The position numbers and the translations under genes were made by a program. The notes under the pieces are model-generated. The model did not search any database, was not told the DNA's origin, and worked only from the letters and a program-made list of their open reading frames with translations. A stretch of 64,000 bases of DNA from a bacterium (GTDB lineage: Bacteria > Electryoneota > Electryoneia > Electryoneales > Electryoneaceae): contig OY769902.1 of NCBI GenBank assembly GCA_963669175.1, positions 3,136,001 to 3,200,000 of the forward strand, given 5' to 3'. This document shows, piece after piece, positions 48,294 through 58,679 of the stretch; within the stretch, counting starts at the first letter, position 1; the number at the start of each line of letters is the position of its first letter.

Positions 48294-49475
48294 CTAGGCT
48301 TTTACTTTTCTGTAGTTTACGCCTTTCCAGATAACTGGCCAACGAACCAGAACTGCGAGTACGGTGAAGCTGTGGAGGAAGATCTGAAATAACTCCAGCA
48401 TAATCAGGTCGCTGAAATGCACCCTGCGGTTCAACAGGCTGGAGACACGGAGCACCATTGCGGCAGTAGCCAGGGAGTAAATCAGTAGCCCTCCAAGGGC
48501 GCCCCATGGTTGAATAAATATCATGGCAGGCAACATGACTCGAGTAACAAAGATGATCAAGAACAGGAAATAATTAAAAAAGTGAAAACTGTTTATTGAA
48601 GTTGCCCATCGGCGTCGTTGCTGCCACAGCTTGCGCAGAGTGGGTTGTGGAGCCGTTTGCACACGTGCATCCGGGGAAACCGTGATAGCGAGATGGCCCC
48701 CAGATATATTTATCATGCTCAATAGCAAATCAACATCTTCAATCAGCGAGGAACCTATTTTTCTGAACCCACCGCATTCCTTATAAAGGGAAGCCTTGAA
48801 TGCCAGGTTGTTGCCGGAGACTATAGCAGGACGGATGAGGCGCCAATTCGTCTTAAAGCCGTTCTTTTCTTTGTTCGCTGTCAGTCTGGCGCTGAATGAT
48901 GTTAAACCGAAGGCATATCCATAATAATAACGAAAATCAATATCTTGCAGCCTTGTCAGCCAATTACTTTCTTCACTCGATTCGGAATCTATGCTGGGAA
49001 TACCTCCTACAGCGATCACATTCTCAGTGAAGCGAGCCAGCAGCGTTCGCACCCATAATTCAGGCACAACACAATCCGCATCCGTCAGCAGGACATATTC
49101 TTCATCGTGTAGTTGATCCAGGCCTTCGACTAGCGCTTGCACTTTGCCCTTGAAATTCGGATCAGGCTCGGTAATGTGGATGACTTGCGTTTCGAAGGGC
49201 ATATCCGAAGCAAACCGTTCCATGATGTTCCCGGTATTATCCTGGGAAAGATGGTCGACGAGGATCAAGCGCAGTTTGTCGTCCGGATAATCCTGGGAGG
49301 CTAGAGACATCAGGCAGTCCATCAGGTTGTCTTCTTCATCACGCGCACATACCACGATGGCAACCGATGGAGTTTTAGGAGCAACAGGAAACCGGTACCA
49401 TGTATTTGCGATAAATATGCTCATGATAAGCAGGCAAACTGCGCCAATGGCTAATGGTATCCAAGGGGAAATCAT
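48294..49475 (-). CDS. GT2 glycosyltransferase (membrane)
   Basis: CARDEE, TDADC, IED, QRRRW, WKG. Confidence 0.9.
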   Translation of the reverse strand: MISPWIPLAIGAVCLLIMSIFIANTWYRFPVAPKTPSVAIVVCARDEEDNLMDCLMSLASQDYPDDKLRLILVDHLSQDNTGNIMERFASDMPFETQVIHITEPDPNFKGKVQALVEGLDQLHDEEYVLLTDADCVVPELWVRTLLARFTENVIAVGGIPSIDSESSEESNWLTRLQDIDFRYYYGYAFGLTSFSARLTANKEKNGFKTNWRLIRPAIVSGNNLAFKASLYKECGGFRKIGSSLIEDVDLLLSMINISGGHLAITVSPDARVQTAPQPTLRKLWQQRRRWATSINSFHFFNYFLFLIIFVTRVMLPAMIFIQPWGALGGLLIYSLATAAMVLRVSSLLNRRVHFSDLIMLELFQIFLHSFTVLAVLVRWPVIWKGVNYRKVKA

Positions 49476-50140
49476 TCATCCAATCCAAGTTGCAGCTCTC
49501 GCCAGGAACCTACGCTAAGACCTTTATCCTGCCAACGTGGGATAGTCGTTTGCAGGACATCGCTGAGTATTGCACCGTTTCGGCTGCCATCATGCAAAAC
49601 CACAATGTCACCCGGAGTAGCAAGAGTATACAAATCTTCGATCAAGATGTCACGTGTTTTTCCTTCAAGCCAGTCACCGACGACCAGCGTGAACTCTAGC
49701 AGGAGCGCATTCATTTCCCTGGCACTACGGACAACTAGTGGACCAAGCCTGCCATAAGGTGGTCGCAAAAGGAGTGGGGTGGTGAAGGGAAGTTGTGTCA
49801 TATCCGGGATAAAGGATGGGTCCATTTGGTAATGACGATTACGAGCTCCACGAAACCACCAGGTTTGATGAGTGAGACCATGGTATCCGATGCCGTGTCC
49901 CCGTGTTGTCATCTCTTCCAGCAGCTTTTCTGAACCTTTAACGCGGTTACCCTGGACGAAAAACAGGGCGGAGATACCGTATGTTTCAAGAATATCCAGA
50001 ACTGCGGGGGTGGCGTCGGGATCAGGACCATCATCGAACGTCAGGATCAGGGGGCCATTCTGTTTATCGGGATGTCCCCATATCACCGATGGGAACAGGC
50101 GCTCTAACAGCCGCGGTGTTCTGTAAACGCCGGGATTCAC
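49472..50140 (-). CDS. Polysaccharide deacetylase (NodB/CE4)
   Basis: LTFDDGP, HGLTH, RPPYG, VVLHD. Confidence 0.92.
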   Translation of the reverse strand: MNPGVYRTPRLLERLFPSVIWGHPDKQNGPLILTFDDGPDPDATPAVLDILETYGISALFFVQGNRVKGSEKLLEEMTTRGHGIGYHGLTHQTWWFRGARNRHYQMDPSFIPDMTQLPFTTPLLLRPPYGRLGPLVVRSAREMNALLLEFTLVVGDWLEGKTRDILIEDLYTLATPGDIVVLHDGSRNGAILSDVLQTTIPRWQDKGLSVGSWRELQLGLDE

Positions 50141-51336
50141 GATTTGGAATTCCCATTTTGTGGCGTATTAAGAACTTTACTGGCTCCACGATAGCGTTGG
50201 CCTTTCCAGGTAAAGGAAAAGAACTGGCCACGCAGCACGGCATAACTGATTGCCGGGGGATGAACCAATTGAGTGATTACAAATTTAGGATAAGAGATAG
50301 ATTCACCAAAGCGATCACAGCCACGTTTCATGACAATGGATTCTAAGAAAATCTTTAGAGCATTCATGAACACTGGGATCCGGAAGGGAATTTTACCCAT
50401 CATGGCAAGCGCGATTCCTAGGTTGCTGCTCAGGATGCAACCACCCATACCCACCATGAGAGCCAGCAGGAACGGGGGATAGTAACCGCTCTTGGAACTC
50501 CACCGTGCACGTTGATTTACCCATTCCCGCAAGGTGTCAACCGGTTGACTGAACACGTAGCCTTCAGGGCGATCCACAAACACAACCTTGCCGCCATTTT
50601 TTGCCACATCTTGCAACAGGAATACATCATCACCAGAAGTCACATTAGCTGTGCTGGTGTATCCGCCGATGCGTTCATATACAATGCGTCGTGCTGCCAG
50701 GTTGGAGCCGTGCGCATTGGTTACATGCCCCATGCCGATCGTACCGGCTGCGCCAACTGAATATGAGAGGTGTTCCAGGCTTTCCAGGTCAGACCACCAG
50801 GGAGTAGGTTTGCCGTTGGGACGAACAAAACGACTGACTCCGGTAGCGCCTGCCACCTTGGGATCAGTAAACGGTGACACGATTGCGCGAAGCCAGGATT
50901 TCCCCATCCAGCAATCAGCATCCGTGGTTACGATGATTTCACCGGTCGCTTTTTTTATGCCCTGACCGAGTGCGTATTTCTTCGGTGAACGTCCGCTGGG
51001 CGTTTCCCCATCACGAATCCGTAGTATACTGTACTTGACGTGACTGTGGCGTTGCTTGACCAGGTCTGAGGTATTGTCCCGGCTTCTGTCATCAACGACG
51101 ATGACGTCGAATTTGTCTCGAGGATAATCCTGCGCTTCCAGGCTGTCCAGCAATCGGCCAATACGGGTTTCTTCATCACGTGCTGCCACAACAACGGTCA
51201 CAGTCGGGAGGGGATCGTCATCCTTCAGGAAACGTGATCGCTTCATCCGTACCAGTCCGGTATATGTAATAGCCAGAAAGGCGAGATAGCCTAATCCCAT
51301 TATCCAGGAAAACATGTAGTACAACGTGGCAATCAA
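50137..51336 (-). CDS. GT2 glycosyltransferase (membrane)
   Basis: AARDEE, VDDRS, TDADC, SGDD, QRARW, WKG. Confidence 0.92.
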   Translation of the reverse strand: MIATLYYMFSWIMGLGYLAFLAITYTGLVRMKRSRFLKDDDPLPTVTVVVAARDEETRIGRLLDSLEAQDYPRDKFDVIVVDDRSRDNTSDLVKQRHSHVKYSILRIRDGETPSGRSPKKYALGQGIKKATGEIIVTTDADCWMGKSWLRAIVSPFTDPKVAGATGVSRFVRPNGKPTPWWSDLESLEHLSYSVGAAGTIGMGHVTNAHGSNLAARRIVYERIGGYTSTANVTSGDDVFLLQDVAKNGGKVVFVDRPEGYVFSQPVDTLREWVNQRARWSSKSGYYPPFLLALMVGMGGCILSSNLGIALAMMGKIPFRIPVFMNALKIFLESIVMKRGCDRFGESISYPKFVITQLVHPPAISYAVLRGQFFSFTWKGQRYRGASKVLNTPQNGNSKS

Positions 51337-52403
51337 AGTGATGATTCTCCCCGGTTAACGCCACCGTCAGCGATGGTTTTTGCGCGAGTTTGCAGTACGA
51401 CGAACAGGCCGATAATGGCCGGTAACAGAACATTCAGGCCAAACAGGAGTAATGATGCACTGAATGCCGCTGCATCATTGATCCCGAAACGACTATAGAA
51501 GGAAACAGCCGCCCATTCGCCAACACCAAGTGATCCTACGGATACCGGCAACGCGGTTTTGACGAAGAGTACGGCCCCGTACGTATGAGCCGCAACAGTC
51601 CATTGCACCGGTTGAAACGCTCGAGTCAGGAAATAGAACTGGGTGAGGATAATTCCCATCTGAACTATGGTAAACAGCAGTGCCCGCAGCGTATGTGTTG
51701 TAGACAGACGTTCATACGCATTGAGAATATCCATGTATTTCGATTTGTTGCCAAAGGCAATCTGAATACCGAGTAGCATGCTCTTGATTGGACGAGGATC
51801 AATGGCCAGCCAGATGTAACACAGCGGCAGGAACAATACGAACAGGAAAGCTCCGGTTTGCATTTTTTCCGGCAGTGCATCCGCGAAACCGGGCATGGTA
51901 TAGAGGAGCATGGGACCGGTTAGAGAGACCAACCCCATGAAATACAGCTTATCAACCACATGCAGGCCTACCAGTCGGATGCGTGAGGGAGCACGTAACA
52001 GAAATACTCGGCCCACTTCACCAATACGGCCCGGGGTAATCAACCCAATGGAAAAACCACCCAGCACACTTAACAGGATACGCCACGCTTTTGTCTGCGG
52101 GTACTCACTGCGAACAAAGACTCCCCACCGGACAGCCTGAAGTACCAGGTTCAGGGGAGAAAGAAGGCCGGCCAGCAACAAGTAGATGCCATCTGCTTCA
52201 CGAATCGCGGTTTTCAACTCGCTGATTGTGATGGTGCTGACAAGGAAGTAAAGCAACCCAGCGGTTACGCCTATCTTCAGAGCCCAAACCAGGATCTGTT
52301 TGATACGACGAGTACGGAGAGACTGGCCCTTGTCCTCATCTTGTCCGACAAGGCTTTTCAGTAACGATGCAACGAATTCCAGGAAGCCAGCCAAGGGTAT
52401 CAC
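51333..52403 (-). CDS. Lysylphosphatidylglycerol-synthase-TM / flippase-like membrane protein
   Basis: RW motif, ITPGRIGEVGR, LPVSVGSLGVGE; multi-TM. Confidence 0.85.
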   Translation of the reverse strand: MIPLAGFLEFVASLLKSLVGQDEDKGQSLRTRRIKQILVWALKIGVTAGLLYFLVSTITISELKTAIREADGIYLLLAGLLSPLNLVLQAVRWGVFVRSEYPQTKAWRILLSVLGGFSIGLITPGRIGEVGRVFLLRAPSRIRLVGLHVVDKLYFMGLVSLTGPMLLYTMPGFADALPEKMQTGAFLFVLFLPLCYIWLAIDPRPIKSMLLGIQIAFGNKSKYMDILNAYERLSTTHTLRALLFTIVQMGIILTQFYFLTRAFQPVQWTVAAHTYGAVLFVKTALPVSVGSLGVGEWAAVSFYSRFGINDAAAFSASLLLFGLNVLLPAIIGLFVVLQTRAKTIADGGVNRGESSL

Positions 52404-52414
52404 CCGGGTAAATT

Positions 52415-53536
52415 TCAGGCGCGTCCGCGATTAAACCTGCGGCCTTTCCATTCAAATGAGCCAAACAGGGCTTTAGGCCAGATCACCCAAAGCGCAAAAG
52501 GCGCCACAGTCATGGCAACCAGCGCGATCAGGCCACGGGTATAGTCATGCAGCACTCGTGATGCGCTCAAGTACATCACCCCGTCAAACAGCCACTTCCG
52601 CTGCCAGGCTTTCCAAACCTTCCGTTTGTCAACAACACCAAAGAGAGCCAGTAAAGTAGCAGCAGCCAATCCCAGGAACAGGGCATTTCCGATTGCCCCG
52701 ATAACCCACCAGCCACGGGCGTAGTTGAAACCGACTGACATATGACGCGCCTTGGTCCGGAGGGCGGCTTTGCTTTCGGGAACCTTGGAGGGGACAAAAG
52801 CACGTTGATCTGCTGCAAAGGCGGCTTTCCAGTCCGTCTTTGCCGCGACCTGCTGGAGAAACAGGTCATCGTCCCCGGAAGCCATCCGTCCGCCGGCGCC
52901 ATAACCACCAAGATCAAGGTATATCTTTCTACGGAATGAGAAATTGCGTCCCATCGCGTTGAAGGGATAGCCAAGCCCGAGCGCCGCAGCAGAGAGAGCG
53001 GTTGCGGACCAGGATTCGCCCTCCAGGAGACGTTCGATGAAATTGGTCCCACCGGAAAGAGGACTGTAGCCGACAATCGCGCCGATATGATCTTCCATGT
53101 ATCCTGACAATGCGGAAAGCCATTCCGGAGGAGGCACGCAGTCAGCGTCAGTGGATACGATCCATTCGGCCCTGGTTTGACGAATAGCTGTGTCCAGGGC
53201 GCGTTTCTTCGGGCTCGGAATATCTATTTCCGGGTTGGAATGAACAGCGTGAATACGACTGTCCGATTCCTGTGCTTCCGCGGCTATCCGGTATGTATCA
53301 TCTTCCGAATCGTCATCGATTATCCAGAATTCTACCGATTCCTTGGGGTAATCCTGCGCCTTGAGGGCTTCGATGAGAGTGGGAAGATTGTCAGCTTCGT
53401 TTCTTGCCGCAACACAGACTGCGATTGTAGGCGGTACAAGTGGCGCAGGTTTATTCGCCTGCTTCAGTGTTCGGGCAGTGCCGGCCACCATACAGCCGGA
53501 CAAGGCTCCGTATCCAAGGGTAAACCAATTCAGCAC
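52415..53536 (-). CDS. GT2 glycosyltransferase (membrane)
   Basis: AAGGAG RBS before GTG; AARNEA, TDADC, SGDDDLF, WKG; QxxRW replaced by TKARH. Confidence 0.88.
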   Translation of the reverse strand: MLNWFTLGYGALSGCMVAGTARTLKQANKPAPLVPPTIAVCVAARNEADNLPTLIEALKAQDYPKESVEFWIIDDDSEDDTYRIAAEAQESDSRIHAVHSNPEIDIPSPKKRALDTAIRQTRAEWIVSTDADCVPPPEWLSALSGYMEDHIGAIVGYSPLSGGTNFIERLLEGESWSATALSAAALGLGYPFNAMGRNFSFRRKIYLDLGGYGAGGRMASGDDDLFLQQVAAKTDWKAAFAADQRAFVPSKVPESKAALRTKARHMSVGFNYARGWWVIGAIGNALFLGLAAATLLALFGVVDKRKVWKAWQRKWLFDGVMYLSASRVLHDYTRGLIALVAMTVAPFALWVIWPKALFGSFEWKGRRFNRGRA

Positions 53537-53694
53537 GGAAACTCCTTCAGGTTCAGACGCGTTTATCCACTGATGGATAAATCCACTTGTTAAAATAGTG
53601 TAGTTCTCCCGCTCGCGCCAAGTAAGACCGTCCCGCTTTGCAATGTGAGCTATATTGGGCCTAAACTGTACCAAGTGGTCAACAAAAACCTGGC

Positions 53695-55458
53695 TTGAAA
53701 GAAGTTGTTGTGACGGTTTTCAAACGCCTACTACCCTATTACGCACCTTATCGAGCGCTGGTTATCGCCGGTCTGCTCTTCGTGGTCATCACCAATATCT
53801 TCAAGGTGGTGGGACCATGGATCATGCGCAATGCGGTCAACGGTCTCGAGACTGGCATCACTGCGTCCGGTCTCTGGCGTGATGCCGGTTTAATCATGGG
53901 CACCGCTGTTGTCTCAGGCATTTTTCGCTACCTGATGCGCAAGACTGTCATCGGTGTCAGCCGCCATATCGAGTATGATTTAAGACAGAACTTGTTCCGT
54001 CATTTCCTCACCCTGGACACCTCTTATTATGATCGGAGCCGGATCGGAGACCTGTTGACACGTTCAACCTCCGATATCGAACAGGTCCGCATGGTCATTG
54101 GTCCCGCGTTGATGTATACCGTCAATACCTTCTTCAGCCTCGCTTTCAGCTTTGTACTGATGACCATGATCAGTCCCTTGCTGACCTTGCTTGTTGCAGT
54201 CGTTGTCCCAGTCATTGCCGGACTGGTCTTCTGGGTGGGGAAGAGGATTCACAAGAAATCCACGGAAACCCAGGAAGCCTATTCCGACCTCTCCGCTGTG
54301 GTACAGGAGAACCTGTCCGGGATGCGAGTCGTAAAGGCATTCCGCCAGGAAGCGGCGCAGGAGGAGTTGTTTGAAGAAAAGAATCAGAAATACTTCAAGC
54401 ACAGCTTTAGTCTTGGTGTATTGCAGGCAGTGTTTTTCCCCTCTGTAATGATTGTTTTCGGAGTCGCGGTCGCGGGGATTCTCCTGCTGGGGGGATACCT
54501 GATTATCGAACGTGACAGTTTCATGATTGGTGATTTTGTCGCGTTTATTACCTACCTGATGATGTTGACCTGGCCCATGATCTCGATTGGTTGGGTGGTT
54601 GGTTTGTTCCAGCGTGGCGCAGCTTCCCAGGCGCGTCTGGATGCGCTTTTCGACATCGTGCCGGAAATACATGATCCTGAAAAACCAGTTGTACCCGGTG
54701 AATTCAGGGGAACAGTTTCTTTCAAAGATGTGACTTTCACCTATCCTCAGGCGGAAACAGCAGCATTAAAAGATATCTCGTTTCATGTGCCAGAAGGCAG
54801 TACGCTGGGAATTGTCGGTCGTGTCGGAAGTGGAAAATCTACCATTCTCTCTCTTTTGGCCCGGTTGTATGATCCGCAGCAGGGTAGTATTCAGCTTGAT
54901 GGGATCGATATCAGCGGCTATAAAGTGAATGACCTGCGTGATCAGTTTGCCTATGTTCCACAGGATCCGCTTCTGTTTTCGACCAGTCTGAGAGAAAACA
55001 TCACTTTCGGGATCAAAGATTTTACTGAGCAGGATATAGAGGAAGCGCTGGAGATCAGCAGGTTGATTCAGGATATCCCCGACTTTCCCGATGGTTTGAA
55101 TACGGAAATCGGGGAACGTGGCATTACACTTTCCGGTGGTCAGAAGCAACGTGTGGCCATTGCTCGGGCCGTGATACGCAAGCCTCCGGTTATTATCCTG
55201 GATGATGCGCTAAGTGCAGTCGATGCCAATACGGAAGAGCGTATCCTTGCGAACTTGAAGACGTTTATGAATAACCGCACAGCGATCATTGTCAGCCATC
55301 GTTTCTCGAGTATTCGTGACGCGAATGAAATTATTGTGCTCGAGGAAGGCGTTATTGTAGAGCGGGGGAAACACGCCGACTTGATGGATCGCGGAGGAAC
55401 ATACACGGAACTGTTTGAGCGACAGAAAATGCGTGAAGAGCTGGAGAAACACGTATGA
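53695..55458 (+). CDS. ABC exporter permease/ATPase (MdlA-like half of a heterodimer)
   Basis: TM domain; GRVGSGKS, LSGGQ, ILDDALSAVD (catalytic Glu replaced by Asp). Confidence 0.93.
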   Translation: MKEVVVTVFKRLLPYYAPYRALVIAGLLFVVITNIFKVVGPWIMRNAVNGLETGITASGLWRDAGLIMGTAVVSGIFRYLMRKTVIGVSRHIEYDLRQNLFRHFLTLDTSYYDRSRIGDLLTRSTSDIEQVRMVIGPALMYTVNTFFSLAFSFVLMTMISPLLTLLVAVVVPVIAGLVFWVGKRIHKKSTETQEAYSDLSAVVQENLSGMRVVKAFRQEAAQEELFEEKNQKYFKHSFSLGVLQAVFFPSVMIVFGVAVAGILLLGGYLIIERDSFMIGDFVAFITYLMMLTWPMISIGWVVGLFQRGAASQARLDALFDIVPEIHDPEKPVVPGEFRGTVSFKDVTFTYPQAETAALKDISFHVPEGSTLGIVGRVGSGKSTILSLLARLYDPQQGSIQLDGIDISGYKVNDLRDQFAYVPQDPLLFSTSLRENITFGIKDFTEQDIEEALEISRLIQDIPDFPDGLNTEIGERGITLSGGQKQRVAIARAVIRKPPVIILDDALSAVDANTEERILANLKTFMNNRTAIIVSHRFSSIRDANEIIVLEEGVIVERGKHADLMDRGGTYTELFERQKMREELEKHV

Positions 55459-57236
55459 GTCGGCGGGGCTCAATTCACGAAGAAGAGAACCTGGGGAAGA
55501 TTTACGATCACCGGCTGGTGACAAGGTTGATGGCCTATATCAAACCCTACTGGTTCCGTGTGCTTGTTGCCGTCATCCTGCTGATCGGTATTGCTGCGCT
55601 TGAACAGTTGACACCTTATCTGACCAAGGTTGCGATAGACAATCATATTGTCAAGGGTGATTTCAAGGGGCTGATTGGTATTGTCGGCCTGATTGCCCTA
55701 CTATCCCTGGTTGTTGCTATGGGGAAGATTGTCCAGGCTATTCTGACCAGCTATGTCGGAGAACGTGTCATGTTTGATCTCCGCCGGGAAATCTTCCATC
55801 ACCTGCAATCCCTGTCACTTCGCTTCTTTGACCGGAATCCGGTGGGAAGACTGGTAACCCGAAACACCTCAGATGTTGCCACCTTGAGTGAGATTTTTTC
55901 CAGCGGTGTGGTTGTAATATTCGGCGATCTGATCACGCTGGTGTTTATCGTGGCTGCCATGCTGATGATCAATGTCCAGTTGGCGCTGGTATCGTTTACC
56001 GTGGTGCCGTTGCTGGTGCTGGTTACTTTCCTTTCAAGAATGAAGCTGCGCGATGCGTTTCGTGGTGTCCGCGTAAAAGTTGCAGCCATGACCGCCTTCA
56101 TGCAGGAACATTACAGCGGAATGCGTATCATTCAACTGTTTAACCATCAGAAAAAAGTGGATGACAGATTTGCAGAGGTCAATAACGACACAAAATTCGC
56201 CCACCTTCGAACTGTTGCCCTCTTTTCTATTTTCTTTCCACTTATAGAAGTGATTGGGGCGCTTTCAACAGTGCTCATCCTGCTGCGCGGCGGTTTCCTG
56301 GTTCTGGATGATGCGATCACGATTGGTGTGCTGGTTGCGTTTTTCCAGTATGCAGAACGGTTTTTCCGGCCGATTCGTGAGCTGTCGGAGAAATACAACA
56401 TTTTTCAGGCAGGTCTTGCATCAGCGGAACGAGTTTTCAATTTGCTGGATACCGAACCGGATATGATGGAACCCGTGAATCCTCATGCTTCCAGTACAGT
56501 CAAGGGGGAAATTGAGTTCAAGAATGTGCTGTTTGAGTATAACAAAGGTGAAGAGATTCTGCATGACATTTCTTTCCATGTCAAACCGGGGGAGACGATT
56601 GCGATTGTCGGTTCTACCGGTGCGGGAAAAACGACTGTTGCCAACCTGATCGGCAGATTCTACGATACCACAGGCGGGAATGTATTTATTGATGGGGTGG
56701 ATGTTCGGAAATGGGATCGGGATGCCTTGATGCACAGTATCTGTTATGTTCATCAGGATGTGTTCATGTTTAACGGGACTGTCCGGGATAACATAACCCT
56801 GGGTGACGAGTATTCGGATGATCAGGTGATCGAAGCAGCGAAAACTGTAAACGCGGACCGTTTCATTCAACAATTACCGCAGGGATATCATGAGCAGGGA
56901 ACAGAACGTGGCGCCACTTTTTCCACAGGACAGCGTCAACTCCTGTCGTTTGCCCGTGCTCTGATCAGGAATCCCCGAATTCTGATCCTTGATGAAGCGA
57001 CCAGTTCCGTAGACTCAGAGACGGAATTCCTGATCCAGCAGGCGATGGAGCGTCTTCAAAAAGGGCGTACCTCTATTGTCATCGCACACCGATTATCCAC
57101 CATCATGAATGCAGATCGTATCCTCGTATTCCACAAGGGACGCCTTTGCGAAGCGGGATCGCATACCAATCTTCTGGAGCGCAGAGGGATTTACCACAGG
57201 TTGTTCCAACTACAGTACAGCCACACGGCGGCATAA
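55455..57236 (+). CDS. ABC exporter permease/ATPase (MdlB-like half)
   Basis: GSTGAGKT, FSTGQ, ILDEATSSVD, IAHRLST. Confidence 0.93.
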   Translation: MSRRGSIHEEENLGKIYDHRLVTRLMAYIKPYWFRVLVAVILLIGIAALEQLTPYLTKVAIDNHIVKGDFKGLIGIVGLIALLSLVVAMGKIVQAILTSYVGERVMFDLRREIFHHLQSLSLRFFDRNPVGRLVTRNTSDVATLSEIFSSGVVVIFGDLITLVFIVAAMLMINVQLALVSFTVVPLLVLVTFLSRMKLRDAFRGVRVKVAAMTAFMQEHYSGMRIIQLFNHQKKVDDRFAEVNNDTKFAHLRTVALFSIFFPLIEVIGALSTVLILLRGGFLVLDDAITIGVLVAFFQYAERFFRPIRELSEKYNIFQAGLASAERVFNLLDTEPDMMEPVNPHASSTVKGEIEFKNVLFEYNKGEEILHDISFHVKPGETIAIVGSTGAGKTTVANLIGRFYDTTGGNVFIDGVDVRKWDRDALMHSICYVHQDVFMFNGTVRDNITLGDEYSDDQVIEAAKTVNADRFIQQLPQGYHEQGTERGATFSTGQRQLLSFARALIRNPRILILDEATSSVDSETEFLIQQAMERLQKGRTSIVIAHRLSTIMNADRILVFHKGRLCEAGSHTNLLERRGIYHRLFQLQYSHTAA

Positions 57237-57243
57237 AAAAAAC

Positions 57244-57528
57244 GGTTCCTTACAAGAATTTGTGCAGAAATGTTGTGGCAGGTCTTGGCGCGATTGGCTT
57301 TCTTGTCACTTTGTCAACTTTTTTTTTAGAAATTGCGATTTGGTTGTATGCGCTTTTTTTACACTTTTCACTGGTCGCGTTGTGACCTGCTACATAATCG
57401 GGAGAAGTGTTCAACGTCAGGTCACAACGTGATGCCATCAGAATTCCTCCCAAAAGTTTGATAAAGGTCATTGAAAAGTTTGGTGTCAGGACAAAATCCA
57501 AAATCACGCATCACGTCAAGACCTGACG
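57244..57528. mobile_element. Second, diverged copy of the four-box MITE, lacking the right TIR
   Basis: GGTTCCTTACAAGAATTTGTGC left TIR (21/22 to copy 1) and the same four internal boxes. Confidence 0.85.
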
Positions 57529-57653
57529 CAACATATTGAGTATAGCCACACGGCGGCTTGATCTATAACCCCCACAGAGAAATCGTTTCCCACGAGTGGC
57601 GAGGCGAAAAGTGAGATCGTACCTTAAAGTTTGTCTTTTTCGGGAGGCGGTGC

Positions 57654-58679
57654 GTGAGCAAGGCGATTTCAGTCAGCGAATTCGCAAAACAGGTCAGGGA
57701 TGGGAAACCTGCGCCGGTATACCTGGCGCTGGGCAACGAGCCTCTCCTGTTTGATGAAGTCGCCGGCTTTACGCTTGAGCTTGTGGACGAAACCACCCGG
57801 GATTTCAATTTTGACAGCTATTCCGGTGACGAGCTGGCGGTAGATACGATTGCGTCTTCGGTCAACGAATTGCCCATGATGGCGGAACGCCGGGTGATAC
57901 TCGTGAAACGCGCCGAGAGCCTGACGCCAAAAATACAGAACTTCCTGACTGACTATGTGAAAAATCCCTCGGAAGACAGCGTGCTGGTGATGCTGATGGA
58001 AGGGGATATCAAGGCAAAATGGAAGCAGACGCTTGTGAAGCAGGTCACGACAATCCGTTGTGAAACTCCGCAACGTGGGGAACTGCTTCGCTGGATACTG
58101 GATCGTGCGAACTCATTGTCGCTGACGATAGCGGATGAAGCGTTGTCGCTGATGACTGAATCGCGCGAAGTGCGTCTGATTGATTTGGCCGGTGAGCTGG
58201 AAAAGGCATCGCTGCTACTTGGTGAAGGCGGCACCCTTTCGCTGGACGTGCTTCAGACTATCTGGGGAATGGAGCCTGAGGTCAATATCTGGACATTTTT
58301 TGACCGCGTGGTCAGTGGAAGAATGCCGGATGTATGGCGGGAGTTCAAGTATCTCGAGACAGAATTCGAGAAGGACAGCAGGCAGGCCGGGTTTATTCTG
58401 AGCCAGGTCGGACGCCGTTTCAGGCTGGTCGCCAAAGAACGTGAATATGATATGCGACGGGTCAGTCCGGGGTCACGCAGTTGGTCGGGCAAGACAGAAA
58501 CGACCTGGCGTATGATGAGCCGACAGGTCAAGTCAATGCCTTTGGATGCGGCACAACGTGGAATTGACTCTCTGCGCCAATTGGACCGCGAACGTAAAAC
58601 AACATCGAAGAAAGCTGGACGGATGTTCGAACGCTTCATGGTGGAACATTCCCAGCGTTGCGAGAAAGCCTCGCGATGA
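57654..58679 (+). CDS. holA: DNA polymerase III delta subunit
   Basis: PVYLALGNE, DFNFDSYSG, LPMMAERRVILVK, ELEK. Confidence 0.85.
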   Translation: MSKAISVSEFAKQVRDGKPAPVYLALGNEPLLFDEVAGFTLELVDETTRDFNFDSYSGDELAVDTIASSVNELPMMAERRVILVKRAESLTPKIQNFLTDYVKNPSEDSVLVMLMEGDIKAKWKQTLVKQVTTIRCETPQRGELLRWILDRANSLSLTIADEALSLMTESREVRLIDLAGELEKASLLLGEGGTLSLDVLQTIWGMEPEVNIWTFFDRVVSGRMPDVWREFKYLETEFEKDSRQAGFILSQVGRRFRLVAKEREYDMRRVSPGSRSWSGKTETTWRMMSRQVKSMPLDAAQRGIDSLRQLDRERKTTSKKAGRMFERFMVEHSQRCEKASR

